Notes under the pieces: generated by a model
Databases searched by the model: none
Seen by the model: the letters and a program-made list of their open reading frames with translations, nothing else
Told to the model about the DNA's origin: nothing
Made by a program: the position numbers and the translations under genes
NCBI RefSeq assembly: GCF_902459465.1
Contig: NC_047063.1
Location: forward strand, 2,170,001-2,234,000
Direction: 5' to 3'
Length of the DNA stretch: 64,000 nt
DNA from: Asterias rubens
Taxonomy: Eukaryota
Shown: positions 1 through 13,600 of the stretch, piece after piece
Layout of the letters: each line of letters starts with the position of its first letter
Numbering within the stretch: the stretch's first letter is position 1

Positions 1-429
1 TGGAAAAATATGTTGAGGGAGAAACAACAGCTTTATTTTCAGCTGACTTATTTAATATTAGTGTACATACAGACGAATGATAAACAAAGTCTGTGTATTT
101 TGTATTAAAGTGTCTCTGGTCCTGTGTATCAAAAATGTATGAAAGCACTTACCTTTAGACTCAGTATGAGAATTGGAGATCAAACAACTTCAGGAAGGTG
201 CAGTTCAGTTCGATGAAGAACGGAGCATTTCCATCAGGTTTTATACCACTCCAAAAATATAGGGGCGGGACAAATGGTCCATGGTTATGAAGCAGTCGGC
301 GCTTGTCATTGATGATTGGTGGATTAAAAGTCACCAGTTTTTGCCAGAGACACTGGCATCATAATGTCAAATGGAACTAAGGTACAGTAGTGTTATACCA
401 TAAAGCCCTGAGGGCAAAGTGGTGGGGGG

Positions 430-1865
430 GGGGGTAATACTGAAATTGGACCATAAACTAAGTCTGACTGTCAATACAAATGATGGAGAGGCACACCAAA
501 AGATTTATTACCTATACCCATAATGCACACATTGGTGCCGAGTGAAGACTCTTCACTTAAAGGAACTTCCCCTTTTAACAACAAAGATTGAGTGGACTCC
601 TTATCCCTCAAAATAGTCACTGGGTAAGTAGGTGAATCAGAACGCTCATCAAGCAATACAAATCCTTTAGAAACAAAGAGCATAAATTCCTCTCTAATGT
701 CAGACAAAGATGTACCCTTTTGTGGTCAAACTTATTTAAGCTTGAAAGAGATGTACTATTGGTAAAAGCAACAGCTTTTGACTCGGCAAGGGCCGCATTT
801 TTCCTTTTCAATGCATAACAAACTGATAAAGTATGCACAAATTTCTTGAAGTTTTGCATTGTACTTGTTTGGAAGTGACAAAAAAGCTATCGGAAGTTGA
901 CTCTTTAGAACTTGCATCAGAGGTAGACTGTGGTTTTGTCTCAGTCTTTGGCCTATTATCAAAAACATATTTTAGATTGAACAAAAGTCTTGTGGCCTTT
1001 CTTGTGATCCTGAACATTAGCATGCAAAAAAATAACTTTGTGTGTCAAAGCAAAATCGTCAGCTATCACGGCTGCTAATTCTAAATCTGTAACTTTCTGC
1101 TCTTCTACAGATAGGTGCGCTTTGACAGCATAAGGCATGTTAGCCTTAGCTGTTGTAACAAGCACAAATATTCGTTAATTTAACAGGATCTACACCAACT
1201 ATTGAACAAGGTTTTCTTCTCATATAAGCAAACTCAACATATGTTTCGTTTTCTCGTTTTCGTTTTTCACGAAACTTCTGCCTATATGCCTCTGGATACA
1301 AGTTCGTAGGCTTTCAAAATTGCAGCCTTGACTAAATCATAATCAGTGCTTTTGTCAACAGGAAAAGTGGAATAAACCTCTTGTGCTTTACCAACTAGTA
1401 CACTCTGTAGAAGCAAAGTACGCATATCTTTAGGCCACTCAAGTCTATCGGCAACTTTTTCAAAGTGAGCGAAGTATTTGTCAACGTCTTTCTCCTTAAA
1501 AGGAGGTACCAATCTAATGAACTTGGTAGGATCAAATTTCTTTGCAGAGATTGATGTTCATTGGATTTGGAATGCTGTTTCAGCTGAAACAATTCCAACT
1601 CTTTGTCTAATTTCTTTGACGCTACTAACTGAATTTCTAGCTCAAGTTGTTTAAGTTTAATAGCCGCTTCAACTGAGAATGACCATTAACATCTCTTCCT
1701 TTTCTTCAACCATTGATTCTTTCAAAATTTCTACATCAACCAAATGTTCCAAAATCACTGCTCGCAGGTCAGCCTTTTTCGTACTAGCAGCTACAGAAAT
1801 TTTGTAATGTTTGGCAACCTCGAATAACTCGGTCCTTTTTAAACCAAATACTTTGTCCTCTAAAG
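430..1865 (-). mobile_element. Decayed Ty3/Gypsy (Gmr1-like) LTR retrotransposon gag-protease remnant
   Basis: Broken minus-strand frames give VPPFKEKDVDKYFAHFEKVADRLEWPKDMRTLLLQSVLVGKAQEVYS (Gmr1-like gag core, 1282-1512), AAVIADDFALTHK (959-1165), a degenerate zinc knuckle near 800-860, and PVTILRDKESTQSLLL...VPLHHLY (retropepsin, DTG decayed to DKE, 471-707). Multiple stops and frameshifts; no LTR seen. Confidence 0.8.
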
Positions 1866-1909
1866 GACTCTCTTCAAAGGACTCTCTTTGGTTGTCCCAA
1901 ATTAATTTG

Positions 1910-2862
1910 TTTTGCTTCTAGCGTGCTTCCTACAGTACATGCATCTGCCCGCGGCCAGGCCAGGTTTCTCAGTACTTTCCTTATAGTGTTTCTACATATT
2001 TGTATTGCTTGTTCTTGTAAATCCACTACAAATCTATCATGAACTTTTGGGAACAAATAAGGGTTGACTGGGTGGTGTCCCCCCCCCCCCCCCATTGTGA
2101 TTTCATCTGATTTCCTTTCCATAGAGACAGACTTGCCTTGTAAGAAAAATTTTCACAGACCATAATTTTAACATCATTCACAGGGCGCTCGTCCAAAACC
2201 GCTTGTGGCGAACCCTGCATCAGGAGGATGGAGGGTAACGATTATTGCACTACAATATTTAAGTACTAGCAGCTCTTGATCACTGTAAGCAACTAATGTG
2301 TTATGACTGATGGGATGATCAAGCACACATAAGCTTATCATCTACAGTTACTACATGTACTCGTACCTAGTAAAAATTTTTAGGGCACGTCCACTTTAGC
2401 CTTGGAGCAGTCCCAAATTTTTCTGACCAGAATTATTGAATCCAATTCACAAAAACAAAGTTTGATTATATGTTTTATACATGTAGTACTTGTGAAATGT
2501 TTAAATATTGATGTTCTGGCCCAAATATACTGCCTAAAATTATGGAACAGAGAGAGGTGTAATGTAGTAGAAGTGTTTGATTGACAGTTGAATGGCACTC
2601 ATATCCAGGTTAGCACAGTGGGGGAGAGCAACAAGCAAGCAGAATAATATGAACTTTGCCTGTTATTTCTGCAAAGAGGAAACTGTTATTTCTGTTTCTC
2701 TGTAAATTTGATCCTTGTTGAAGAAAACAACTCGCTTTCGATTTGTAATAATATTAAAGGGATCACTGATGGTCCCATTATTGACTCATTTTTCTACTAT
2801 GCATAGTGCCCTTTTTAGTCTTAATCGGAAATTTGGCAGTTCCATGGTTAAAAAAGTAGCAT
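1910..2862 (+). repeat. Segmental duplicate, copy 1 (copy 2 at 23330-25258)
   Basis: Colinear high identity with 23330-25258 (e.g. ttcctacagtacatgcatctgcccgcggccagg; catagagacagacttgccttgtaagaaaaat; ends at aaaaagtagcat in both). Confidence 0.95.
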
Positions 2863-3129
2863 ATATTCAACCTTAACCCAAATCTGATATAAAATATTTC
2901 AAATGTATATAAAGAAATTGTTTAATTGATAAGTTTTCAATCATAATCTCATAAAATCTAATGCTCTGGTACAAAAGTGGCAACAGAACTCATAATTATT
3001 ACAGCCTCTCCCAATGCATGAGGTTTGCCTTCCTTATCTCTGCAGTTTACTTCTGCATCTCTGGATTTTCTTCAACTGATCCAAGATGTATCCATATCAC
3101 ATGATCGTTGACCTACCACTCTGTCTGCA

Positions 3130-6100
3130 TCAGTTTCCTTGAAGTATAGTCTTTAGGATCTGTGTGCACATGAGGAGGCAGCGGGGAACGTGATAACACC
3201 CTTCAAAAGGAGGAGAATTAAACAAAACATAAATAACAATAAGTATTAAAAATACCCAATACATGTGTACTTATATAGCGCTTGTTATTACGTTTGTAAG
3301 ATAGGTTTGATAAACTTCTGAATTATGAGATTCATTTAAACAGCTTCTTGTAGAGGTTTATAAGGTGCTGCAGCACAATCTGTTGTCAACTATGTCATAC
3401 ACACCAGGGCAAACCCCCTCTTAACAATAAGTGTGCTTGGTTAGTTTACATGAATTACACAACACATGGGACCTACCACTTTATGTCCTACAGAAGGACT
3501 AAGCAATTGTTAAGTGTCTTGCTTGAGAGCACAAATGTGAAGACCAGGACTCAAACCCACACTGTGCCAATTAGAAACACAAGAGCTTGAGTCCAGTGCA
3601 CTTGACTGTTCAGCAACGGGTTGAACCTCAAAGCTGGCCATGAGACTCTCTATAAAAAGTTGCACCCATGGTTGTTCCCTAGGACTCAAAAGACCCACTT
3701 TATCCCATACAGTGCCAAATCCTTCTACCTCCAATTGTCAAAGTGAAGGATTCACGGTGTAGGCCAAAATAACAACTGCTGATCACAGGACAAGCATTCC
3801 AATCTTATCTTAGTTCTAACTACTTAAGACTGAGGGACATAGTAGAGGAGGGTATGGGAGGAATGAGGCCACTTCCTATATTGCAAGTCAACATAGACTA
3901 CTACGCAAGCCCATAATGTGTATGTCTGTCGGTATTAAGTGGAGTTTGACTGTAGTTAACATATATTGCCCTTAAAGCCATTATACACTTTCAGAACAGA
4001 AAACAAAAAAGTCCACAGATTTACAAATAACTTTACAGAAGGTAATGGTGAAAGACTTATGGTGAAATATTATTCCATGAAATGCTTTACTTTTCGAGAA
4101 AACATTAAAACAATTATCAATTCTTGTTGTCGAGAATTACGGATTTATTTTAAACACATGTCATGACACGGCGAAACATGCGGAAACAAGGGTGGGTTTT
4201 CCCCGTTATTTTCTCCGGACTCCGATGACCGATTGAACCTAAATTTTCACAGGTTTGTTATTTTTTATATTAGTTGTGATACACGAGGTGTGGGCCTTTG
4301 GACAATACTGTTTACCGAAAGTGTCCAATGGCTTTAAGGTCCGTACACATCTTATAGGAAAAGTCTGCCGTACCTTTGTAGGGTCCACCTTTGAAGTCAA
4401 GGGTGACGTTTCCTTCTTGACTAAGATATCCAAACCACTTGCCATTATCAGGGTCAATAAACTGCAATCAAACACAGCAACAATTAAGAAGAATAGCCAT
4501 CAATACAAACTTGGGGCATGCAGGTTGGCTAAGTGGTTTCTATCCCTCATGTCATGTCTGTGGATCCCGGCTTCAATGCAAAACAAAGGATTGCCTGTGG
4601 ACTGGTTTGGGTTGGTAATCCCCATTTGGGTTTTTTATACCTTAACCTATGAGCAGAACAAAATTTGAAACAACAATTGACCATTTTGTAAGCATCTAAT
4701 GATAACAGATTGCAGGTTTTTTTCCAACGAGACACTGTGATCAACATTCAATTAAGGTCTTTGATGTTTGCCGTAGCACTGTGAGTAGATGTTTTGACTA
4801 TCATCAGCCACAATGAATAATGCACATTTTGTGAAAACTGTGCCTTAATTTCACTTCCCAATCTGAGTTGTTGTCATTGAACTCAAATATTAACAACTGA
4901 GATTTTTCAAATTTTAACTTGATGTCAGTACAAGATTTAGGATGTACTTCTTTAAGATTCTTCAAGTATTCATCAACTTCATTATAACGATGAGACATAC
5001 CGTAATCACTTACCTTTGAAAACGTATAATCGAAGACTTTTTCAAACATGTCAAGAAATCTGTCCTCCTTTGTTTCCTGGTATGCCATAATAAACGCAAT
5101 CAGTGCTTCACAGTGTGGCCACCACAGCTTCATACTCCACTCTAGTTGAGTTGGCGACAAACCATCTACGTCTAAGAACGAGCACAGACCCCCATTATCC
5201 AGATCCCAGCCGGACTGGAAGGGTTTAGTGATGAACTTGTCAAGGGCCAGCTTTGTCAAGCCAATGTTGCTGTATTTCCTTGCACACCTTAGAAGGAACC
5301 AGCCAGTTTCTATGGCGTGACCTGTAACAAAAATAACCTTTTGGTGATGAAATCTGTGTTGGGGTTAAATTCCAGATCATACTAGCAGGGTAAAATTAAG
5401 TTGGCACCAGGCAACAGGTTTGTGTGGGGCCAAGTGCTCCATAAGCCCCAGGCACCAGGGTTCCATAGGCCCAAGACACCAGGGTTCTGTACGCCATAAG
5501 TGCCAATGTTATGTAGGCCCTACGCACCAATGTTCTGTAGGCCCTAGGCACAAGGGTCCTGTAGGCACAAGGCACTAAGATTAGTCTTAAGAGTGTGTGA
5601 AATCGACGGTAGGGTTCTGTAAGCCTTAAGCACCAATGTTATGTAGGCCATAGGCACCAATGTTTGTTTACAAGTAGCACTGATTTCAATAAAAAGATTG
5701 AATTTTTTTTAGCATTGACTATTCTGACTGGCCCTTTAAAACAAAAACTTGATTATTGAGCAAACACTGTCGTCAAAGACTGACCTGGATTTGTCAATCT
5801 CCCTGCAGATCCTGGAAGCTCTTTGCCATCAACACTAACTGTCTCTAAGATAGCAGATCCATCTCTCTGAATGCAAAGAAACATACCTCGGTTGAACTAA
5901 AATAATTTAACTAATAATGTACATAACTAGAACTGGGAAAGCTGCCATGGTGAGCTGATGATCACCTGATAGAAAAACACTGACTTATAGAAAAAGCAAT
6001 CATTTTGATTAGCTGATGGTCCAAGGGGTCGGTACATTAACAAGTATAAACTTGACCATTTCTACTTGGATTGAATTGGGAGTGACAGAGGGTATACACG

Positions 6101-7370
6101 GTTAGGCTGTGCACCTTGCTGCCAGACCAGACCCCTTCCTTCAAGATAAGCGTACTGCATTCTTTTTTTGTGCATTAACACAACCCGAGTACTTCAAATT
6201 GAGTCAGAGTACCAAGTACATGACTTTGTGTACAGGTTATTTTCAGTTGAGTATCAAGTACGGACTTTAATTACAAGTACTTTGCTGGCAGAGTATGGGT
6301 GTAAGTACAAAAATCAGCAAAAAGGTACTCTAGTAGAACTCTAGTACAAGTACAATTGCTACAACACTGCTGATCAGAAACTGAAGAGTTTGAGTCAGAT
6401 GCAATAGGCTGCTAGAGGCACTGACACATAACTCCATTGCATTCAACAAGCTGGTTAAACTACCTGAATGTGTTGAAGAGACTGTTTAATGCTCCACTCC
6501 TCCAGCTGGGCATACTTTTCCTGCAGCGTGGCGTCGTCAGCCGTCAACTGCTCCACTAAATCAAGGAAAATCATGCCCTCAGACAGCATGTTTGTGCGTG
6601 CCTGGGGGCGCCCTATTCCTGTGTCATCCACGCAGACCAAATACTGGAGCTGGTCCATCATTTTGATGGCTTCTTGCTGAAACAACCAAAATTTGAAACA
6701 AGTTAACATTCTGTTTGCCCATGTAAGCCAAGACGCCCCATGGTTATCCATTGGGTACAAAATACTGTAGAATCCGTGTCTCCTTCAAAGCCGTCATAAT
6801 TGGAAAACAAATATTATACATGTAATGGTTGTAACTCTTGCTTTATAGGCTTTATATCTTTGTCTTTTATTCTCTATCATACAGACTCTGCATGTGTCAT
6901 TGTGGACAGCAGGGGAAAATAGTCAGGGCCCTTTGTATAAGTTGAGAGTTCAAATTATCAATGTCATTGTGCATACATGGAATTTACTGATTGTAGTAAG
7001 CTCATTCTGACTAGGCTAAAAATTTGGCATTTACTACCACCCTGGGATTGCTATCACATCAATTTATCATCCTTGAACATGGACCTTTCAAAAAAATGTA
7101 TTTAAATTTGTCCACCTTGGATGGTACCAATAAGTCAAATTTTGGCCTCTGGCCCATGAACTAATAGCTGGCGGCAGTATGATAAAGGTACATGCCAAAC
7201 CTTGTACTTGTCATCCTTTGTGGCCCTTGCTAGTTCACACATCGCCATCATGTAGAAACACTCGCTGAAAATCTTTCTCGGAATCTTGACGACTCTTCCG
7301 TCAGCTGTCACAAGAAAATTACATTTTCCTGTTGCTGGGTTTTTGACGTGCCTCATAAGAAAATCACCAC
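3130..7370 (-). CDS. RENBP: N-acylglucosamine 2-epimerase (renin-binding protein)-like, 3' six exons only
   Basis: GT-AG exons 7201-7370 (GDFLMRHVK...[14 protein letters not shown]), 6464-6676 ([23 protein letters not shown]), 5785-5866 ([22 protein letters not shown]), 5014-5321 ([24 protein letters not shown]), 4374-4461 ([18 protein letters not shown]), 3130-3200 ([10 protein letters not shown]). Phases join in frame. 5' exons not found. Confidence 0.9.
3345..3617 (-). mobile_element. tRNA-derived SINE (same family as 25366-25520)
   Basis: Reverse complement contains gtgggtttgagtcctggtc and ctcaagcaagacacttaac, matching the plus-strand SINE at 25366. Confidence 0.7.
3976..4333. mobile_element. 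Non-autonomous TIR element with TTAA target duplication (Kolobok-type), RENBP intron
   Basis: TTAA|AGCCATTATACACTTTC ... GAAAGTGTCCAATGGCT|TTAA; second copy at 23598-23958. Confidence 0.8.
5440..5665. repeat. Degenerate ~21-22 bp minisatellite in RENBP intron
   Basis: Recurring units like aggcaccagggttccataggccc / gcaccaatgttctgtaggccct. Confidence 0.7.
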
Positions 7371-7372
7371 CT

Positions 7373-7757
7373 ATAATAATATAATAATAATAAAACCATT
7401 CTTATATAGCGCATATCACCGTGAGGTCCCTATGCGCTGTAAAAGGAAATCAACAATTATTGTACAAAGTAAACAGATATGTTTTCAACCGGGTTTTGAA
7501 TTGTTCTGATGTCTCAGCCTGTTTAACAACCTCTGGAAGACTGTTCCATAACTGAACCGTACGACTTGGTTTTGATAACTGGGGGGGTCAGAAGGGATTT
7601 ATTTGAAGATCGCAGATTCCTGGTTGTTTTGTACTCCTGAACTAAGCTTTGAAGATAAACAGGGGCAATACCATGGATACATTGATAAGTCAGAACCAAA
7701 ACTTTAAAATCAATTCTAGCCCGTATTGGTAGCCAATGTAGATCCTTAAGAATCATA
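7373..7757 (-). mobile_element. 5'-truncated L2-clade LINE 3' end
   Basis: LHWLPIRARIDFKVLVLTYQCIHGIAPVYLQSLV..RNLRSS (L2 ORF2 C-terminus), 3' stem-loop gcgcata..tatgcgc and an (ATT)n tail ending at the RENBP acceptor. Confidence 0.85.
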
Positions 7758-9189
7758 TTTAAAAAAACAAATAATTGAGCCATTTACAGCTCAACAAGGT
7801 GGGCTAGTATTTATACATATTAATACTGACTGCAGACAATTCATGTTTGTTTAAAAAGACAGTGATAACTGATATCATACCTGTGTGCTGAGTGTGAGAC
7901 CCGATGGAGGTAGAAATGGACACTTGTTGACACAGTCACCTGGCTGGTCAGTCACTGAGTCAGTGAGTGTCACCGTGTAGACGTGTCTTTGCTTTCCAAA
8001 ATTGCCGATCAAAATCAGGAATTCCTCCGCTCTTGCACACTTGTTATTGCTGTAATATCTTACGCTCTGGTGTGTCACTCATCAGTCATGAGACAGGAAA
8101 TTAATTTCACCGAGCGTAAATGTAAACAATAATTAATTGACAATCTCCCTAGACTTCTCACGTGAAAGCACAACTTAATAAGAGACGGTTCAAAAGTTTA
8201 ATTAAAATAACACAAAGTGACGTGTAATTATTGTTTTTTATGTTTTTTATTGACGGAATAGTCACTAATAATTATAAATGGTAGGAAAACATTTAACCTC
8301 TCTCGATCTATCACAAAAATCTGAAGTTCGAAAAATTATTTCCTCTGTTTATAAAAAGAAATCCATAAATTAAAAAAGATTGTCATCATACCAAATTTAC
8401 TAGTACACCGATTTTTTGCAGGAGGAAAAAATGCAAACGACTTCACAAGTATCATCCTCCAAAACTGTTTGTATAGGCTAAGTGGAGATTTTCTCTTCTG
8501 AGAATGATTTACGTTCATATAACGTCAAGAGAATGAAAGCGCCACATTTTCAAACCACACATGTTGACCTGTCTCTGTGGCAAAACAATGCCCAGAGGCC
8601 GTACTGGAATTTGTGAGGTCAGCTTATACCAAAGCTTGTTTTCTAATTTTTCTGAGAATATTAACAAATTAATAAAAATAGAAATGATTTCCGTTAACAC
8701 TCTATCTTGCGAGTGCATGTTTGAGTGTTCTTTTGAGCAGTTAAAAAATAACTGTGCATATAAAGTGTGAATTGTCCCGAAAACTCTGGTACATATACAA
8801 CCAAAACATAATGATAAGTACAGAAACAACTGACATTGTCTTGCACGTACAGCATTATCGTCTGCTAGCCCTGGGATGGGGCGTCAGTGGCTTGCCCTCA
8901 CATGTCAGCTAAATGTGATGATTTGTCTTGAGTCCCCGATGATTTTCTCCCATGAAATTAATTTTTCAGAATTTATGTTCACTGACCAGATAATGTAAAA
9001 GAAATGAATAAATGATCCTGCATACATTGACTCTTAACATAAGGGCTCCGAGTGCACCTTCAAAAGTCCACCTTTGATTTTCTTCAAAAAAGGGCAGAAA
9101 CAAGTCAGGATAATCACAACATGTGTGACTTATTAAAAAGGTACACGTTAGGTAATTACTCATAACAAATATTAACATAAAAACTGACT

Positions 9190-9428
9190 TGGTAACGAGT
9201 TGGAGAGCTGTTGATAGTAGTTTTTGAGAAAGAGGTAATTTCTCACTAAAATAATAAAATACTTCTAGCTAGAAGTCTTTTATTCTTATCTGAAAGCACA
9301 CAAACTCGTCCAACAAGGGTGTTTTTTCTTTCATCAACTTAGATGACCAATTGAGCCCAAATTTTCACAGGCTTGTCATTTTATGGTTATGATGGGGGTA
9401 CTCCAATTACCAAACGTGTACCTTCCCT
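9190..9428. mobile_element. Kolobok-type MITE fragment (family of 17809-18196)
   Basis: Shares ctagaagtcttttatt..tctgaaagcacacaa..gatgaccaattgagcccaaattttcacagg with the 22446-22639 copy; ends cct|ttaa. Confidence 0.7.
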
Positions 9429-10675
9429 TTAAAACACAAATAAAAACTTAGAATATTGCATTATAAAAAGTAACATTTGATGATAAACTGAGATTGAATG
9501 AATTTGAATGATAACTTAAAAGCTTCTGCCCTTTTGAACTAACTTCGGCTCAGGCTCCAACTTCAGCAGGTTCAAAACCGGTGGACTGGACCTAAGCCAG
9601 ATCCCAAGCCCATGCAAGCAGTCAAAGAGCGTATCAAAAAATATATCAACAATAGCAAGTTTTGTTGAATCTCGCTATCTTAATGCATTCAGGCCTAATA
9701 AACATGGCACCACTGTAACTTTCTATTCCCGACCCTTCAAAATCCATTGTTTGATCATCTGTTGCACTGCACTGTAAGTCAATATTGTGAGGTATTGGGT
9801 ATAATCAACGTGGTCGGGTTTTTATTAGGGTTAGGAAACATTCCAGTAAGATTCAAGGGAGTACGGGTTAAAACATAAGGCAGTGTTTCCCATCTGATAT
9901 GCCTAAACACTAATAGCCTTAAAATCACCAGATAAAATGATTGAACCTTAGTTATTGAACCTCAATATATAACCATCGCAGTGTCTTTCGCTTTAGGCTT
10001 TGGGTTGGGTAAAAACGAATTGGTAAAACAAGTAAACAAAAATCAAGTAAAATTAAAAACCATCCATCACCATACTGAAGTAAAGTAAAGTAACATAATT
10101 TTGTCAACAAATATAAGTTAGGGTTTGAAATTTAATTGAACAGATTATTATAGTACACAAACGAATATAAACACGTAGCGTGCATGTACCCGGGCTCCCA
10201 AACCAAGCAATAGCTTGATTACACTTCAATGGTTTAATACAGGCCAACAAAATATCCAGTAAATAACCGATCTATCACTATAGCTTGAAATTAAAGGCAA
10301 ATTAATTAAAGGCAAATATTTCACAACCGAATATTACAAACTATACACAAATTGTCTGCAAAATTTCAACCCGTCTGTTGGGGCGAATGGCTGTTTCGTC
10401 TCCCTTTAATTTTATGGTAAGAGCGGATTTAGCCTAGTGTTTGGGGCGAACTTGCCTACAATTTTAAAAATAAACTTGAAAGATATGCGGGATAACAGAA
10501 CATTTTAATTATCATTATAATGGACAAGAATATTAAAATGGCCATGCATGCTATAGTAATAAACCTATATAAAGTTTCCTTAACCCTTGATATCACGTTG
10601 CTGGTGTTTTTTCATGTAGGCCTAACCAAAAACAAATCATGAATATTGAATCTCATTTTTAATAAAGAGACCCGA

Positions 10676-13600
10676 CTATTTCTCCCTTCCAACTTCGGTT
10701 CTAAATTGAATACGTCCGGAGAAACACGTGCACATTAATTTCCTCGGTTCTGCTTGCAGTCGGTACTCGGGCGGAGACACCCACAACCATTGGGATTCCA
10801 ACTTGGGTATTGGATCCCCATCTGGGAGTTTGAGAATGTAATTCTGAAGAAGCGTGACGTAGAAGATGAAGAACTGCTTCTGTGCCATCTGCTCACCAAT
10901 ACATGTTCTGCGTCCTTCAGAAAATAACACAAAACATTTACTTTCATGGAAGATGTTTTTTAGATCGAAAACAGTACAACATTAAAAAAATACCGAAACC
11001 GAACCGAGTATTGACCCTGACGTCATTACACGGAAACTGGTTGCGTCCTTTCGGTAGTCAAATGCCCCCATTTATTTAGTGTTAAATGCGCATGCAACGC
11101 GCAGCGCACTTGCGTCCCTTTGCTTTGGTCTGCCTTTGGAAATGGTTGACACGCGTTGTGTAGTGGTGACGGGCATCAAACCTAATTAATACCCCTCTGA
11201 AAGGAACTCTGGGGAAAAGTGGCTCGGCAATGTCGCACACTTCTGAGAATTTGAATTAGCAATATCGACTTTTTTGTTTACATGCATTCGGACTTGAAAA
11301 CGGTAGACCATGTGCAGACACTTGCCTCCTAAGGGAAGGGACCAGATAAATAAATTTGCGACTTGTGAAATACAAGAAAACTGAACCCATGTTACGGTGC
11401 AGTGGCCATGGTTTCACTGGCAATTATGATGCACAATGCATGTGAATCCCCAAGTTCAGTTGCATTTGAAACTAAGGCTTTCTTAATTTGTTTGAAAGAC
11501 CTTTTCAGAATGATTGCATGCTATACAGACCTGTTGAAAACGGCATGTAATACTCCGGCCTAAAGGTCTTCCCAGCGTCATCGATGAACCTCTCGGGCCT
11601 GAAGGTTTATGGATCTCCCCAAAGCTCTGGGTCAAAGTGGACGGCAAAGATGTTGGGAATGACGGTGGTATCCTTGGGGATGTTATACCCAAAGATGCTC
11701 ACATCACCTGCCGCAGAATGTGGTATCAACAGCCAGAATGTGGTATCCATGCGTAATGTCTCCATGATAACAGCTTTCGTGTAAGGCATTCTGTCTTTGT
11801 CGTCTAGGGAGGGTGGCCGGTCACCGATGATCTCTTGAATCTCCTCATAAACTCGCTGCTGCACATCAAGATGGATAGCATTGGCGAGCACCAAGAACTG
11901 AAACAAACCCACCGCCGTGTCCCCCTGATCGGGGATAAAGAAAAACATCATCCACATAAACTTATCGTCAGTGAAGTCACGCAGCTCGCCGTTTGGGTCA
12001 TTCTTGGCCAATTCAATCAGGCACTGATCCACCATATCGCAGGAATTATTGGGATCTAGGGTTGCTCTGTGATGGTCGATGTGGTCCTGTACAAAAGCAC
12101 AGATTTCCTTAGTCATTTTCTGACCCCGCTTCAGTCTGGGGCTGAGACCAAACTTGTCAAAGAACGGCAGAAGTGGCTCAACGTGATAAAGCTTAAAGAT
12201 CTCCACATACCAGGCCATAATAGCCTTCTGTATCATGGAAAACTTCTCATCTTCTTCCTCGTAGGTGGCGCCAAAGATGAGAGAAAATGTGACATTCAAC
12301 ATGCACAAGCTAGTTGGGGGACCGAGGTCAAATGGTTGACCGTTCCTTTTCTTGATGAGGTCAACCAGATAGTTGGCCTGCTCCACGCTTTTCTCTTCTG
12401 ACTTTGGGGTACCGTAACCAAACTGACGAACGGTTCTTCTCCTTTTTCCATGACTCGGTGAAGGGCTCCAGAAAGACACCTGTCATCAAACGACAATTTA
12501 TAGATGAGGCTATATAGACACCTCTGCAAAAATATCCTCAAAGATCAGTAGCTATACGCTCAATTTCTATATCCATTATTTCCTTTCATTTCTAATAAAT
12601 TGGTACTGTATAACAGCAACTCTATTTTAAGTTTTCAAAACCAAGGTTTGACTCCACACACTGAATCTCCGTTGGTTCCCTAATCCCTGTCTTACACATC
12701 AGATCAGCTCACTCTAATCACATCTAGGTCAGAATTGAACCATCTGCGTCCCGTTTCGCCTGACCCATTTATGGGTCAGTTTGACCCATTTATGGGTCAG
12801 TTTGACCCAGAATCTAAGTCAAAACACAAACATATGTGTCAAACTGGAGCGAACAGTCAAAGTTAAAATCCAGTTTTAAAACACTTTTCCGGGTCAGCCT
12901 GACCCAGGAATGGATCAGCACCCTTGACCCTAAACTTTTTATAATTCATATACTTTATTCGATACCTTATTAGCTTTGTATTAAACTTTAGATCCTAAAA
13001 TGAACAGGAACGCAATTTGAGGGCGCACGTGGCATTTAACACTCACCAACATTCTTTTTATTCTTGTTGACGTACGTAAAGGGCCACACACTGGGGCGAT
13101 CAGAAAACAGAGTCGACTGTCTGACAAATGCTTCCTTGATTGCTTTGAAGCTGTTAAGAATCAACATACGCCTGAAACAACAAGACAACAAACCATAATA
13201 TGGGTCCTGTACCATCAGCATGAATCAATATGAAAATGACCCTAAATATTCAAGGAGCATTGCAGAATTGGTAATTTAAAAAAAAACTTGTGCAAGATCA
13301 CAGATTTACCTAAAACTTACACGGTCTAATGATGATGATAGTAGAAAACATCCCTTGAAATATTTTTGTCTGAAATATCACATTTGATGAGAAATAAAAA
13401 AGGCTCCATAAAGTGCTTACACTACCTGCAACTGTTCCTTTAAAGCACACGAACAACGGAGTACAAAATAAGGGCTATAAGGTCAAGTTTAGTTTAATTT
13501 TTGTGACGCCCTAGTTTTTCAATAGATCGACTGCTTGTTGAAGTGGAAAACATTTTCCATTTCTGCAAGAATCTAACCCCACAGTTAAATGGTATATCTT

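Noticed and set aside
150-360. Exon-like segment next to a minus-strand gtaagt donor
   Set aside because: No frame gives a recognisable protein; cannot be linked to the Gypsy remnant or a host gene.
7875-8830. Possible RENBP 5' exons (MSDTPE.., ..LPQRQ|gt)
   Set aside because: Translations do not match the conserved FW/GGFFTCL/WLQGRQ motifs and contain stops.
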